Source: Mustelus asterias
Taxonomy: Eukaryota
Direction of reading: 5' to 3'
Assembly (NCBI RefSeq): GCF_964213995.1
Contig: NC_135817.1
Location: 61,628,001 to 61,692,000 of the forward strand
Length of the DNA stretch: 64,000 bases
Part shown: positions 28,006-39,231 of the stretch, piece by piece
Position numbering within the stretch: the stretch's first letter is position 1
Layout: each line of letters begins with the position of its first letter
Made by a program: the position numbers and the translations under genes
The notes under the pieces: generated by a model
Database searches by the model: none
Told to the model about the DNA's origin: nothing
Seen by the model: only the letters and a program-made list of their open reading frames with translations

Positions 28006-28331
28006 CCTGCTATGAGCTATAAGAAAAGCAGCTGAAAGTTTGCCACGCTGAATAACCAAGAGAGTGCCCCTGCAAAGATAGCTAGTTTTTGCAAGCGCAT
28101 CTAAAACTCTCTCTTTCTGTGAAAGTTGATAAGCCAGCAGAAGAATTGCAGCTGAACAGGAACTCTCTACCAAACTACCGAATTACAGGACACCTGAAAC
28201 AAAAAATCAACTGTTCATCAGCAGAAGCCAACTACACTGAAAACAATCACAACGGCCACAAGACATCATTGTCTACGCCTTGCAACTCGAGGACTATTCT
28301 GTCTAACTTTAAAAAATATTTATTAACTATT

Positions 28332-28655
28332 TGGGCGGCACGGTGGCACAGTGGTTAGCACTGCCGCCTCACAGCGCCACGGACCTGGATTCAATTGCGG
28401 CCTTGGGTGACCAACTGTGTGGAGTTTGCACATTCTCCTTGTGTCTGTGTGGGCTTCCTCTGGGTGCTCCAGTTTCCTCTCATACTCCAGAGATGTGCAG
28501 GTTAGGTGGATTGGCCAGGCTAAATTGCCCCTTAATGTCAGGGGGATTATCAGGGTAAATACATAGGGTTACAGGGATAGGGCCTGAGTAGGATTGTTGT
28601 TGGTGCAGGCTTGATGGGCCAAATGGCCACCTTCTGCACTGTAGTGATTCTATTA
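28332..28655 (+). mobile_element. V-SINE, full length, tail A
   Basis: Starts GGGCGGCACGGTGGCACAGTGGTTAGCACTG; ends GCACTGTAGTGATTCTA. Confidence 0.9.
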
Positions 28656-29972
28656 GACTCAATTCTTATCTCTAATCTGTATGACACTGGATATATGTAT
28701 TTTATCATTTTTCATCTTACCTTTTAGCAGATAATAAGTTTACTCTATTGTAACTCAAGAAAGGCTGGTCATATTGGCTCCTTTTTTAAACATAACTATT
28801 GGGTCTGGAAAAGGTATCCAAGGAAAAGGGAATCTTGTTTGATTAAACCTTTGCTGCTACCAGCAGAGAGTGAGTTGAATAAAGACATGGAGCCAATCAT
28901 CCCTCCTCACCCGGGCTTGTGACATTTAGGGGGTATCCCAGCCGGATGGTGACAAATCGAGGAATCTTGCCCAGATCAACAACTTTTGGGGAACCCTACC
29001 TGGGACTAGTCCAATCAGCTGCTTCTACCATATCCTATCCTTCACCTAGCCCTTCGAAATTTCTTCCTGCCTTAGCTCTGAGCTGGCCTCTTTCCCTAGT
29101 TTTTCTCCTATCTCCCTCCCTTCATGCCCTATCCAAGTTTATCTTGTCCATGAGACCCATTCGACTGCTGACCACCCAATTTCCCTCCTCGTTCCTACCT
29201 TAGTTACTGTTAACACTTCTCTCTCCAGAGGTACAGTACACATCTCATTCAAATCTGCCATCATCACCCCTCTCAAAACTCAACTCTTGACTCCACAGTT
29301 CCTGCAAGCCACCATTTCATCTCTAACCTGTTTATTTTCTCCAAAGCCCCTGAACATGTTGTCATTTATCAAATCTGAGCCCATCTCTTGCAGAGCTCCA
29401 TGTTTGAATCCCTCCAATCAGGTTTCTCCCAATGCCACAGTGCCAAACAACTCATGCCAAAGATACAAATGCATCCTCTGTGTTTGTGGAAAAGGCAAAA
29501 TTTCCCTCCCAGTGCTTCTTGACCTGTATGTCAGCCTTTGAAACAGTTGACTGCACCATCTTCCTCTCATGCCTATTTACCATTTCTAGTTGCATGGGAC
29601 TGTACTCTCCCAGTCCATTCTCACTTAACAATAATAGTTAGTGCATCACCTGTAATGGTTTTTCTCCCTGCCTCTACACCATTACTTCTGGTGTCCCCTT
29701 CAAGGATCTATCCTTGGGACTCCCCTGCCTCCATTTCTCATTGATGTGCTGCCTCCTTGCAATTGCATCCAAAAACACAGCATTGGGTTTCACATGTACC
29801 AGCTCCACATTACCACTTCCTGCTTTCTCTGTCTGATATTCAATACTGGATGAGCAGAACTTTCCTCCAACTAGATATTGTGGTCTTACAACAAACTAAT
29901 TCCCTAACCACTGATTCCATCTCCCTCTGTGACAACTCCAAACCAGACTGTTCTCAACCTTGGAGTCATATT

Positions 29973-30287
29973 TCATAGAATCCCTACAGTGCAGGAGAGG
30001 CCATTCGGCCCATCGAGTTTGCACTGACTCTCTGACAGAATATCTTGCCCAGGCTCTCTCCCCTTCTCCGTAACCCCACACATTTCCCATGGCTAATCCA
30101 TCTAACCTACACAGTGTGGGACACTCAGGGGAAATTTAGCATCTTTAGATAGTGGGAGGAAACCAGAGCACCTGGAGGAAACACATGTGGAGAATGTACA
30201 AACTCCACACAGACAGTCGCTCAAGGTCAGAATTGAACCCGGGTCCCTGGCAGTATGAGGCAGCAGTGCTAATCATTGTGCCGCCTG
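29973..30287 (-). mobile_element. V-SINE, tail A variant
   Basis: Homologous head, core and tail on the minus strand. Confidence 0.82.
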
Positions 30288-30336
30288 CGATGAACTTCCA
30301 AACACTTCTCCGTGCCATTTAGTTTAATTTAGTACC

Positions 30337-30532
30337 AAAAGCGAAAATGCTGGAAAATCTCAGCAAGTCTGGCAGCATCTGTAAGGAGAGAAAAAAGCTT
30401 TGACAAAGGGTCATCTGGACTCGAAAGGTCAGCTCTTTTCTCTCCTTACAGATGCTGCCAGACCTGCTGAGATTATCCAGCATTTTCTCTTTTGGTTTCA
30501 GATTCCAACATCCGCAGTAATTTGCTTTTATC
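30337..30532 (+). mobile_element. Short palindromic non-autonomous element with a degenerate hammerhead-like core
   Basis: About 50-bp inverted arms (about 30344-30399 and 30431-30486) enclose TTGACAA A GGGTC-ATCTG-GACTC GAAA GG TC. Confidence 0.7.
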
Positions 30533-30899
30533 CAGAGTTTAATTTAGTTTATTTATTAGTGTCACAAGTAGACTTACATTAACACTGCAATGAAGGTACT
30601 GTGAAAATCCCCTAGTCGCCACACTCGGGCACCCGTTCGGGTACACTAAGGGAAAATTTAGCATAGCCAATGCACCTAACCAATTTAATTAATTTAGTTT
30701 ACTAACTTTATTTATTGTCACAAGTAGGCTTTCTTTAACACTGCAATGAAGTTTCAAACTTGGTAATATTGCCCAGCTCCACCCCTGGCTCTCAGTTCTG
30801 TTTAATGCTGCCTAACTTGCTGAATAATTTAGCAGTTCCTGTTTTTATTTCAAATTTCCGAAATCCACACTGTTTCGCTTTTGTATTCTTTGTAACCCA

Positions 30900-31200
30900 C
30901 TCTCCCCGTTCGAGACAAACCCCTAAACTTGCAATCCAACGTTTGTCAAATGGGATTTTCCTTTTTAGACGTTGCCTTTTAAACTCATGTTCTGGAACAG
31001 TTTAAATTCTAAAGCTCGCAGCTTGACTTGACTGCACCACTTGGCTGTTTCACCCAGTTGAGAGCGCTCTACTCTGGAGTTTTCCTGAGCGTTTTGAAGA
31101 ACAAACTACAGTTCCCAGGATCCACTGTACGCAGCAGACATGTCTCCTACCTGGAGGGGGAAGCATTCAAGGTGATTTCTGGGTTCGCTTTTACAGTCAC
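30900..31200 (+). promoter_or_regulatory. Probable DNAJC28 promoter
   Basis: ZNF143/SBS motif ACTACAGTTCCCAG at 31105-31118, about 330 bp upstream of the ATG, with several CpGs. Weak candidate 5'UTR intron at 31172-31373. Confidence 0.55.
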
Positions 31201-31441
31201 CGACTTTCCGGACACAATTATCTCTATCTGCTGAATATTTTTAGAGCTTTTCTGTTTAAGCAACAGTTTTCTTTTATTTAATGGGACAGACAAATTGTAT
31301 TCATTGCTGGCCCAATTCTGTTGTGTAAATCCGAAAAAGGACTTTTAATACCAAAGCTTATGTGAGTTATTAGATGCAAGGTGGCATACAGTGTAGCGGT
31401 CCCCTTGTGTAGTTATGTTTCCGATATAGAACGGCGAGAAC

Positions 31442-32518
31442 ATGCTGATAGCTAAGAGGAGCTGTGCTGACACCTGCAGTCGAAGTGCCAGGATGTTTTT
31501 GGGTTACAGAGCAATGAGCAGAAGCCTCCGAGACTGTTACCGCTTGCTCAATGTGCAGGAGGGCTGCAACGCCGAAGAGGTGAAGGAAGCCTATCTCAAA
31601 CTGGTCAAGTTGCACCATCCAGATACTGGTTCTGGGGCAGATCCTGTGAAGTTCATGCAGGTGAAAGAAGCTTACAAGGCTGTGGTCAAACACTTAGCTG
31701 AGAAAAGGGCGGCAGATTCTGAAACAGAGGACGACGAGGAAGACCAATTGAAGCACATGGCACCCCAACACAGACAGTACCTTAGCTTCGAGGGCATTGG
31801 CATTGGAACGCCAAGTCAACGTGAGAAACAGTACAGAAAATTCAGAATGAACCGTGCCACTGAGCAAGTGCTGGACTACAGAAAACAGAAACTGCAACAC
31901 GAGGAGCTGGAGAATACTATGATGGTGAAAGATGTCCAGCAGAGCAAGAAAATTAAGATAACCCAAGCAGTGGAACGGTTGGTGGAAGATCTCATCCAGG
32001 AATCAATGGCCAAAGGTGAATTTGATAACCTAAGTGGCAAAGGTAAACCACTGCAAAAGTTTTCCCAGTATCCATACATTGACCCCATGACTCACAATCT
32101 GAACAGGATACTCATAGAAAATGGGTATCAACCACAATGGATTGTCCAGCAGAAAGAAATAAAACAGACCAAAGAGAAGCTCCAAAATGATATGGTGGCC
32201 TATAGGAAGAAGCTTGGAGAGTCGCTGACCCTCCACAGCCAGAAACAGTGGAACCTCAAGTGTGAGCAGTTCAGGGATGAGATTAAGCAGCTCAATAAAA
32301 CGGTCGATCATTTCAATTTAATTGTCCCTCTGCTGAACAGGCAGATGCTGCACTACAATCCAGATAAAGAACTTGCTATCGTACTGAAGAAATATGAGGT
32401 GTGCTTGGAAGCAAGCAAGGCCACTTCAGAGGTTGTGGTAAAATCAGCCGAGGGAAGTGACACATCTATACATGCAAAAAACAGCCTGTTCTCTTGGCTC
32501 AAACTCTTCCTGAAATAA
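31442..32518 (+). CDS. DNAJC28: DnaJ homolog subfamily C member 28 (J-domain plus DUF1992-type domain), 358 aa, single coding exon
   Basis: J-domain with HPD (LHHPD). Conserved DNAJC28 blocks PQHRQYLSFEGIGIGTPSQREKQY, ERLVEDLIQESMAKGEFDNLSGKGKPL and DPMTHNLNRILIENGYQP. Lies between GART and TMEM50B, as in human. Confidence 0.96.
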   Translation: MLIAKRSCADTCSRSARMFLGYRAMSRSLRDCYRLLNVQEGCNAEEVKEAYLKLVKLHHPDTGSGADPVKFMQVKEAYKAVVKHLAEKRAADSETEDDEEDQLKHMAPQHRQYLSFEGIGIGTPSQREKQYRKFRMNRATEQVLDYRKQKLQHEELENTMMVKDVQQSKKIKITQAVERLVEDLIQESMAKGEFDNLSGKGKPLQKFSQYPYIDPMTHNLNRILIENGYQPQWIVQQKEIKQTKEKLQNDMVAYRKKLGESLTLHSQKQWNLKCEQFRDEIKQLNKTVDHFNLIVPLLNRQMLHYNPDKELAIVLKKYEVCLEASKATSEVVVKSAEGSDTSIHAKNSLFSWLKLFLK

Positions 32519-33373
32519 GGACCGAGTAACACGTGAAAGATTCGTAATCTTTTGTGCTCAGAAGGTTTATTTACATCTTTAATTATAACTGCATTGCATA
32601 CAGAGAAGTTGCAACAAGAGGAGGTGGTTCAGCTTCCCCAGCCGTCTTCCTCATTCCTGTCATTGGATCTGTCATTGGATCATGACTTAACTGTAGTCCA
32701 ACTCCATTTACTTTCACTAGCTCTGTGTCACTTGATACTTTTATCTAATAAAAGATCTATCAGTCTGAATCTTGGAAGCTCTAATTGTCCCAGCACCCAT
32801 TGCCTTTTAGGAGGGGAAAAGAGTTCAGATTTTTACCTTTGTGTGTGTGGAAAAAGTCCTTCTGAAATTCCCTCCTTAAATAGCCAGCTTCAGATTTTAT
32901 GCATGCTCGTTCTTGTTTAATCTACCAAAGTAGTTTCTCTGTAGCTACTTTATTGGACAAACAGGTTATCATCTATTCATGACTGTTAGTGATTTTCACA
33001 GCATTGTTTAATTTGCCTGTAAAATCTACTATCGCCAAAACAACTGCTGTAGGTTGTTGTTAATTATTGTTGCACCTTTTTTTTGACTGGTGGATGGAAG
33101 TTGAAGTGTTCAAGGTGCCACTAAGTGGGAACCTATTTCAGTCTGCATTGACTTTCTTTAAAAGCAATGGTTTTAATAAGCCTTAATTGGGTGGTATAAA
33201 ATACACTGTGAAACTCACAAAATGGAATACTAGGAATGTCACTGTTAACAATACGCTATCTTTGCATAAATAGTACTTTATGTAGATTCCCAGGTTCAAA
33301 TTGTTTTCAGGAAATGCATTTATTCAATCTCTTTACATTATCCCTTGTTGTCAGGTTATTTAAATTGTCATCT

Positions 33374-33379
33374 AATAAA
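33374..33379 (+). terminator. Candidate polyadenylation signal for DNAJC28
   Basis: AATAAA about 860 nt after the stop codon, followed by a T-rich tract. An alternative AATAAA is at 32747. Confidence 0.35.
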
Positions 33380-33482
33380 GTTGAATGCATCTCTAAGGCT
33401 TACTTTTTTTTACAAAAATGTATTAATGTTGCCTTCTTGGCAGGACTGTGCTATTGCTGTCCTCCAACTAATTATAAGGAAA

Positions 33483-33690
33483 GTTGGGGGTCAGTTTGTC
33501 TCAGTTGGCTGGATATCTGGTTCATGATGCTGAGCGATGCCAACAGTGCGGGTTCATTACCCGTACCGGCTGAAGTCATTCATGAAGGTCCTGCCTTCTC
33601 CACCTTGCTCTCTACCTGAGTTGTGGTGATCCTCAGGTTAAATCACCACCAGCCAATGGTCATCTGGGACTATGGCAACTTTACCTACAA
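33483..33690 (+). mobile_element. tRNA-derived SINE-like element (third family)
   Basis: A-box-like CTCAGTTGG and B-box-like GGGTTCATTACC. Related decayed pieces at about 17480-17670 and 22300-22550. Confidence 0.5.
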
Positions 33691-33974
33691 GTAAAGTAGA
33701 GAAATGCTAAGAGAGACCAGTAAAGCATTTAAGGTGCAATTAATATATGGCAACAGGACTTCTTTAAATCCCCATCCCCTGCATTTCATCTATCTCATGC
33801 CATTCCCATCACATACCTTTCATCCATCTCATATCAATTCATTCCATGTTGCATCCCACTCTTTCTATGCCATTTCATCGTCCACTCCATCTCCTGTGTA
33901 TTCGTATTCTGTGTCATCCCCATCACTCACCTCTTCATGGCATCTCTGTCACTCATCTCTCCATGCCATGTATA

Positions 33975-34197
33975 TGTGTTTCCTCCGGGTGCTCCGGTTT
34001 CCTTCCACAGTCTAAAGATGTGCAGGTTAGGTGGATTGGCCATGCTAAATTTCCCATTAGTGTGTAGATTAAGGCATTAATGGGGTAAAGTGCAGGGAAT
34101 ATGGGGATAAAGTGAGAGGTGTGCCTGGTTAAGATGTTGGTGCAGACTCAATGGGCTGAATGGCCTCCTTCTGCACTCTAGAGGTTCTATAATTCCA
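33975..34197 (+). mobile_element. V-SINE, 5'-truncated, tail A
   Basis: V-core and tail A present. Confidence 0.82.
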
Positions 34198-34529
34198 TGA
34201 TCCTTATTACTCACTCCATGCCATCCCCATCTTCCCCCTCCCATTTTGTTACACTCTCCCTACTCCCTCTGAGTGCTTTATATTTGTTGAGGCGACCTCA
34301 TAATTGTGCTATCCCTAAGACCACCTATTTCGCCCTCTGTAACATCGCCCCACTCTGCCTCTGTCTGAGCTCATCTGCTGAAACACTCATTTATACATTT
34401 GTTATTCTAGACTTGTCTATTCCATTGCACTCCTGGCAGTCACCCACATTCTATCCTCCGTAAAATTGAGGGCGTCAAAAGCTCTGCTGCCCATGACTTA
34501 ACATGCAGCAAGTCCAGTTCCCATCATCA

Positions 34530-34665
34530 ATACAAAATAAAAATACTGCGGATGCTGGAAATCAGAACTAAGAATAAAATGTTGGAAAGTAAACTCAGCA
34601 GGTTGGGCAGCATCTGTGGAGAGAAATAGAGTTAACTTTTCAAGTGGATAACCTTTCATCAGAAA
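34530..34665 (-). mobile_element. Single-arm copy of the short hammerhead-like element family
   Basis: Shares ATACTGCGGATGCTGGAA and CTCAGCAGG..GGCAGCATCTGTGGAGAGA. Minus strand 34631-34665 has CTGATGA A AGGT-TATCC-ACTT GAAA AG TT. Confidence 0.65.
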
Positions 34666-36916
34666 CTATCACACCTCGGCTTGTTGAACTGTGTTGGCTT
34701 CCATTTAAACAGCATTTTGATTGATTTGATTTACAATTCCCATCCTTGTTTTCCAGTTGACTTGCTTCTCCTATCTCTGACATCTCCTGCAGCACTACAA
34801 TCCGCCAAGATGTCTGTGCTCCTCTAATTCTGGCTTGAGGAGATAGAGATTGCCCTGGGTCAATTTATTCAGATTGTTATATTGCATCTGAGGGAAAGTT
34901 AATCTATGATTCAAATTCAAGGTGGTATTGTACAATGAGCTATTGAGACCACACTCCATTGGGGAAATGTACAAACTATAAATAAATTGTTCAACGTGGA
35001 CTAGGGTTTGTTTTCAGTGTCTTTCAGGTAAGATAACATGGGGTTTCTGCGATTATAAATTACATGCTGACAATGGCGTAATCTGAGATTTTTTTGGAAA
35101 TTCAGAATTTATAACACGCTGTGTTAATGTAGGGTGATTGTCGCAATGCCCATAGCTAATGAGGAAATATATGGGGGCAATCTTACCAAAGTTTGGCAGC
35201 ATATCAATTCTGGTATGAAAATGGAGTGGATCACATTGATAATTCCAGCAGAGGCAAGGCATGGTGCCCTCTGTCATGCCACCAGATTTTATAAACCCCA
35301 CCAATCAGACCGCTCCCAGAACTGGCGCAAATCTAGATTATTTGTCTCTTTTTTTCTCTGATTCATCAGGCAATTTTTCTTCTATTACAAAATTATTAAT
35401 TACAGTAATGCTACATATCTCTCTATATATTTTTCTGCCTTACTGCTTCCCTGGCAATGACTCTTCTGTTTTTAAATGTATCTTCTACAGGGAGACCCTG
35501 ACTGCATTGTTCTAATTCCTATTCCAAATGTCTTCTTTGGCATGAAGTTGGCCTCCTCACGACTTCTGCCTAGAACTAGCCAAGTCCCATCTACATTAAA
35601 GCCTTCAGATACATCAGGGTTAGCTAAGGTTTATGTCACAAATCTGTTTCAGGATTTGCCAAGACTTTTACTTCTAAAAACGTTCAGGCCTTTTTTTCAT
35701 ATTACTGATGTGTGATCGGTGAAATAGTAATCCGAGGGAATAAACATATTGTAATCACAAAGAATTGAAGAAATTAGGAAAAATTCCTTTGAGGTGGTTA
35801 GAGTGTGGAATTATCTGCTACAAGCAGTGGACTCTATGGAAGCAGAGTCCATAAATTTAAATGGGAGGCTGGACAGTTGTTTGAAAGTGAGGAGTGTGAA
35901 AGAATAAGGGAATGAACAGGAGAGTAAGACTAGACAGACAATCTAGCTTGTGGGGAATAAAACAGTAATACAATGTGATGTCTAAATGGTTGGCTTCTGT
36001 CTGTAATATTGTATCAATTTAACTCTGGGCTTCTGTCATGCCAACAATTGAACGTCTGTTGACTTAAAGGACTTTTAGCTTCTATTATGTCGAGTGACGT
36101 GCACCAACCCCTGCCACCCCACTGCTCCAGCTTGCAACGTGCAGTCAAAATCTACTCATATTTACTGAGCCTACTTGTTTCTTCTCATGCTTGCAGTGTT
36201 TTGTCCTCAATTATTAAATCGAGGACCTACATCAATAAAATTCCTTGGAAACTCCTTATTTTTCAGGTAGACAGATAATATTAAAATCTAATGACGCTTT
36301 TTAGAGCAATAGTCGAACTCCTTATGCTGTTTCCAACTGGATCCAGCTTATGATAAAATACTGTGTAAGGTAGTAGTCAACAGCCTCTTTAACATGGGTT
36401 CACTGTTTATCAGGATATCAATTTTTAGAGTTCTTCTGTTCAGATCCTTCTATGGCTTTGTCCCTCCGATCTATGTAACCTTGACCACTTATTTTGCTCT
36501 CCCACCAGTGACTGTGCTTTCCACCACCAAGGCCCGAGGCACTGGAATTTTGTCCCTAATTTTCTCTACTTCCTTTAGATACTCCTTAACTTCTACTTTT
36601 TGAACGATGTTTTTGATCACTTGTCCTAATTCTTTGGCATGGTGTCAACTTCTAATAATGTTCCTGTGAAGCAATTTGAGATTTTTACAACATCATAAGC
36701 GGTTACAAAACTGCATGTGGAATCCTTTCATTTATTAGCCAAGTTATAGAATACAAGAGTGGGTAAGTAATGAGACAACTTCTCAGAGGCCAGTGTCCCT
36801 TCACCAGATTGTGACTAAAGGATTTTCACAGTAACTTCATTGCAGCGTTAATATAAGCCTACTTCTGATACGAATCAATAAACTAAAACTCATTCTACTG
36901 GATTGGCCAGTTTTTT

Positions 36917-37200
36917 AAGTTTATTTATTAGTGTCACAAGTAGGCTTACATTAACGCTGCAATGAAGTTACTGTGAAAATCCCCTAGTCGCCACACTCCT
37001 GCGCCTGTTCTGGTACACGAAGGGAGATTTTAGTATGGCCAATGCATCTAACCAGCACGTCTTTCGGACTGTGGGAGCAAACTGGAGCACCTGGAGGAAA
37101 TCCATGCAGACACGGGGAGAATGTGCAGACGCCATACAGTGACCCAAGCTGGGAATTGAACCCGGTCCCTGGCACTGTGAGGCAGCAGTGCCACCGTTCT
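36917..37200 (-). mobile_element. V-SINE, tail B, with an inverted tail-B fragment at about 36810-36890
   Basis: Reverse-complement copy abutting a plus-strand tail fragment. Confidence 0.88.
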
Positions 37201-37519
37201 GCCCTCTTTGATTTGGTTGATTAATTGTCACGTATTGTGATACAGTGAAAAGTATTGTTTCTTGCGCAATACAGGCAAAACATACCATTCACAGGGGACA
37301 GGGTGCAGAATATAGTGTTGCAGATTACAGATAGGCCTTATGTAGCTATCCTTATAATTTGTTTAAAACACTGGCAGCTATTAGAGTGAGCTATTTTTAT
37401 AAGCTGCAGACAATTGTGCCAAAGAAACAAAACTGCCTTGTCCTGTGTAATGTCTTATTAATAACTTGACCCAGAAGAATCATAGAATTATAGAATCAAA
37501 GAAGAGGGCTTCAACATGG

Positions 37520-38060
37520 GAGGGGGGGTGGGGAGCAGCCAATGGCAGCTCTCGTTTCATGCGAGGCACCTCCGTCAAAGTGGGCGGATCCCTGGCGACT
37601 GTAAGACGAGATGCGATTGGCGGTAGTGGGGCCGGTGTCTCGTTTGCCATTGGGCGAATGGGTGTCAATCAGCGCTGGGGGGGCGGGGCGGGCGAGCTGG
37701 GTGTCAATCAGCCCCGGGGGGCGGGGCGGGCGAGCTGGGTGTCAATCAGCCCCGGGGGGCGGGGCGGGCGAGCTGGGTGTCAATCAGCGCCGGGGGGCGG
37801 GGCGGGCGAGCTGGGTGTCAATCAGCGCCGGGGGGCGGGGCGGGCGAGCTGGCTGTCAATCAGCGCCGGGGGGCGGGGCGGACAGGACAGGACAGCACCG
37901 GGTGGAGAAGGCGAGCCAAGCCGGGCCGGCCTGTGAAGGGGGGGGGGAAGCCGGATTGAAGAAGCCAAAATCCAGGTTGGTGCACTTTAGATGTGTTTTC
38001 TTTTTTTTATAAAGGGATAGAGATGAAAATAGCAGCGGTGTGGTTCCCATTTGGTGAGTG
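37520..38060 (+). promoter_or_regulatory. CpG-rich promoter and likely non-coding first exon of TMEM50B
   Basis: Only strongly GC/CpG-rich island in the window. CCAAT/ATTGG boxes near 37539, 37616 and 37649; many GGGCGG boxes; candidate donors CAG|GTTGGT (37976) and TTG|GTGAGT (38054). The next plus-strand coding exon is TMEM50B. Confidence 0.65.
37659..37881 (+). repeat. 38-bp GC-rich minisatellite, about 6 copies
   Basis: Unit TGGGTGTCAATCAGCGCCGGGGGGCGGGGCGGGCGAGC; GTCAATCAGC recurs at 37664, 37703, 37741, 37779, 37817 and 37855. Confidence 0.97.
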
Positions 38061-39231
38061 TGGCCCTCAGCTTTGTGGGCGGCAGTTTGTCCTCCTGAGC
38101 CTGGGAGATGGGCGGCGGAGGAGGAGGAGGCTGCTGCAACAGCAAAGCCTGAAACAACCTTGTACCTGCATCTGGAACCATCCCCTGAGTGACACATCAC
38201 TGGCTGCAGACATGGCCTTAGCTCAGGTTCTTTAAAGTCTGGACATGTTCTCTACCTGTCACCTTTTAATGGAAAATACTGATTGCTGTGGGCAGCACAT
38301 TTAAAAAAAACCATTTTAACTCTCATTCCTCATCCTAAACTGCTGCCAATATATATCTCTTCTCATCATATACTAGTAGTGTTCCTAGCGGGGGGGCAGT
38401 GATGGAGAGGGGAAGAGGTTTATTTTGGTACAACCCCCCCCAAATCAGCAAACTTTCCTTACCTGATCAGTAGCTTACTCCAATTTTGTATCAGGAAACT
38501 AAAGCAGGAAATGGTTTTATTTTTGTTCTTTTAATTCTGCGTTGGATATAAAATGTAAGGGCTGAATTCCACCAATGAGGTGAGAGTGCCATTGATGTTG
38601 AGGTGACGTTTGATTTTTTTGGCATCAAGTAACCCTGGCAAAATCAAAGTCAATGGGAATCGGGGAAAAATCTCTTGGCTGGTTGTGGTCACTCCTCACG
38701 CAAGGGAAAATGGATGGTCGCGATTGTTGGGAGCCAGTCATTTCAGCTTCAGGGTGTTGCTGCTGCTGCACTGCCTCAGGTAGTGTCCTAGGCCCAACCA
38801 TCTTCAAACTGCTTCATCAATGACCTCCTACCCACTATAAGGTCAGAAGTGGGGGTGTTTGCTGACAATTGTATAGTGCTCAGAACAATTTGCAACTCCT
38901 AAGGTACTGAAGCAATCTGTGTTTCATGGTGCTTGCATGCATCAAGACTGGGGCAACTTTCCAACTTAGACAAAATGTGACAAGTAACGGTTGTGACACA
39001 CAACTGCCAGGCAACGGCCATCTCCGACAAAAGAGAATCTAGCTATCTCCACTTGATGTTCAAAAGAAGGAAAGATTTGCATTTGTATAGCACTTTGCAC
39101 AACCCTGGATGTCTCGAGCACTTTACAGGCAGTTAAGTACTTTTTGGATTGCAGTCATTGTTGTGATGAAAAGCAACAGCCAAACTGTGCACAAGTTCTC
39201 AGAAACAATAATATGATGATGACCAAAGAAT

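Larger units (their letters stand above)
27318..28924 (+). mobile_element. LTR-like element containing two V-SINEs
   Basis: TG...GTGACA termini, AATAAA at 28878, and a degenerate tRNA-Pro PBS-like TTTAGGGGGTATCCCAGCCGGAT directly after. Confidence 0.45.
26900..29975 (+). mobile_element. Old L2-like LINE (about 26900-27310 and 29000-29975) interrupted by an LTR-like element
   Basis: Endonuclease-like LIFGNF segment; RT-like LLDL..AF.TVD and GVP.QGS.LG remnants; C/T-rich plus strand. Confidence 0.6.

Noticed and set aside
28332-28410. tRNA-like sequences with A and B boxes (many copies)
   Set aside because: They are SINE heads continuous with V-core and LINE-like tails, not tRNA genes.
31370-32311. 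Antisense ORFs over DNAJC28
   Set aside because: Shadow frames of the real CDS with no independent evidence.
37659-37881. CRISPR-like periodicity
   Set aside because: Units are contiguous with no unique spacers, and the context is eukaryotic.
37466-38012. Gly/Arg-rich ORFs of 156 and 133 aa
   Set aside because: They are translations of the 38-bp minisatellite, which is stop-poor; no protein family signal.
37993-38235. 80-aa ORF downstream of the CpG island
   Set aside because: No recognisable homology; more likely the 5'UTR or first intron of TMEM50B, whose conserved ATG is at 55760.
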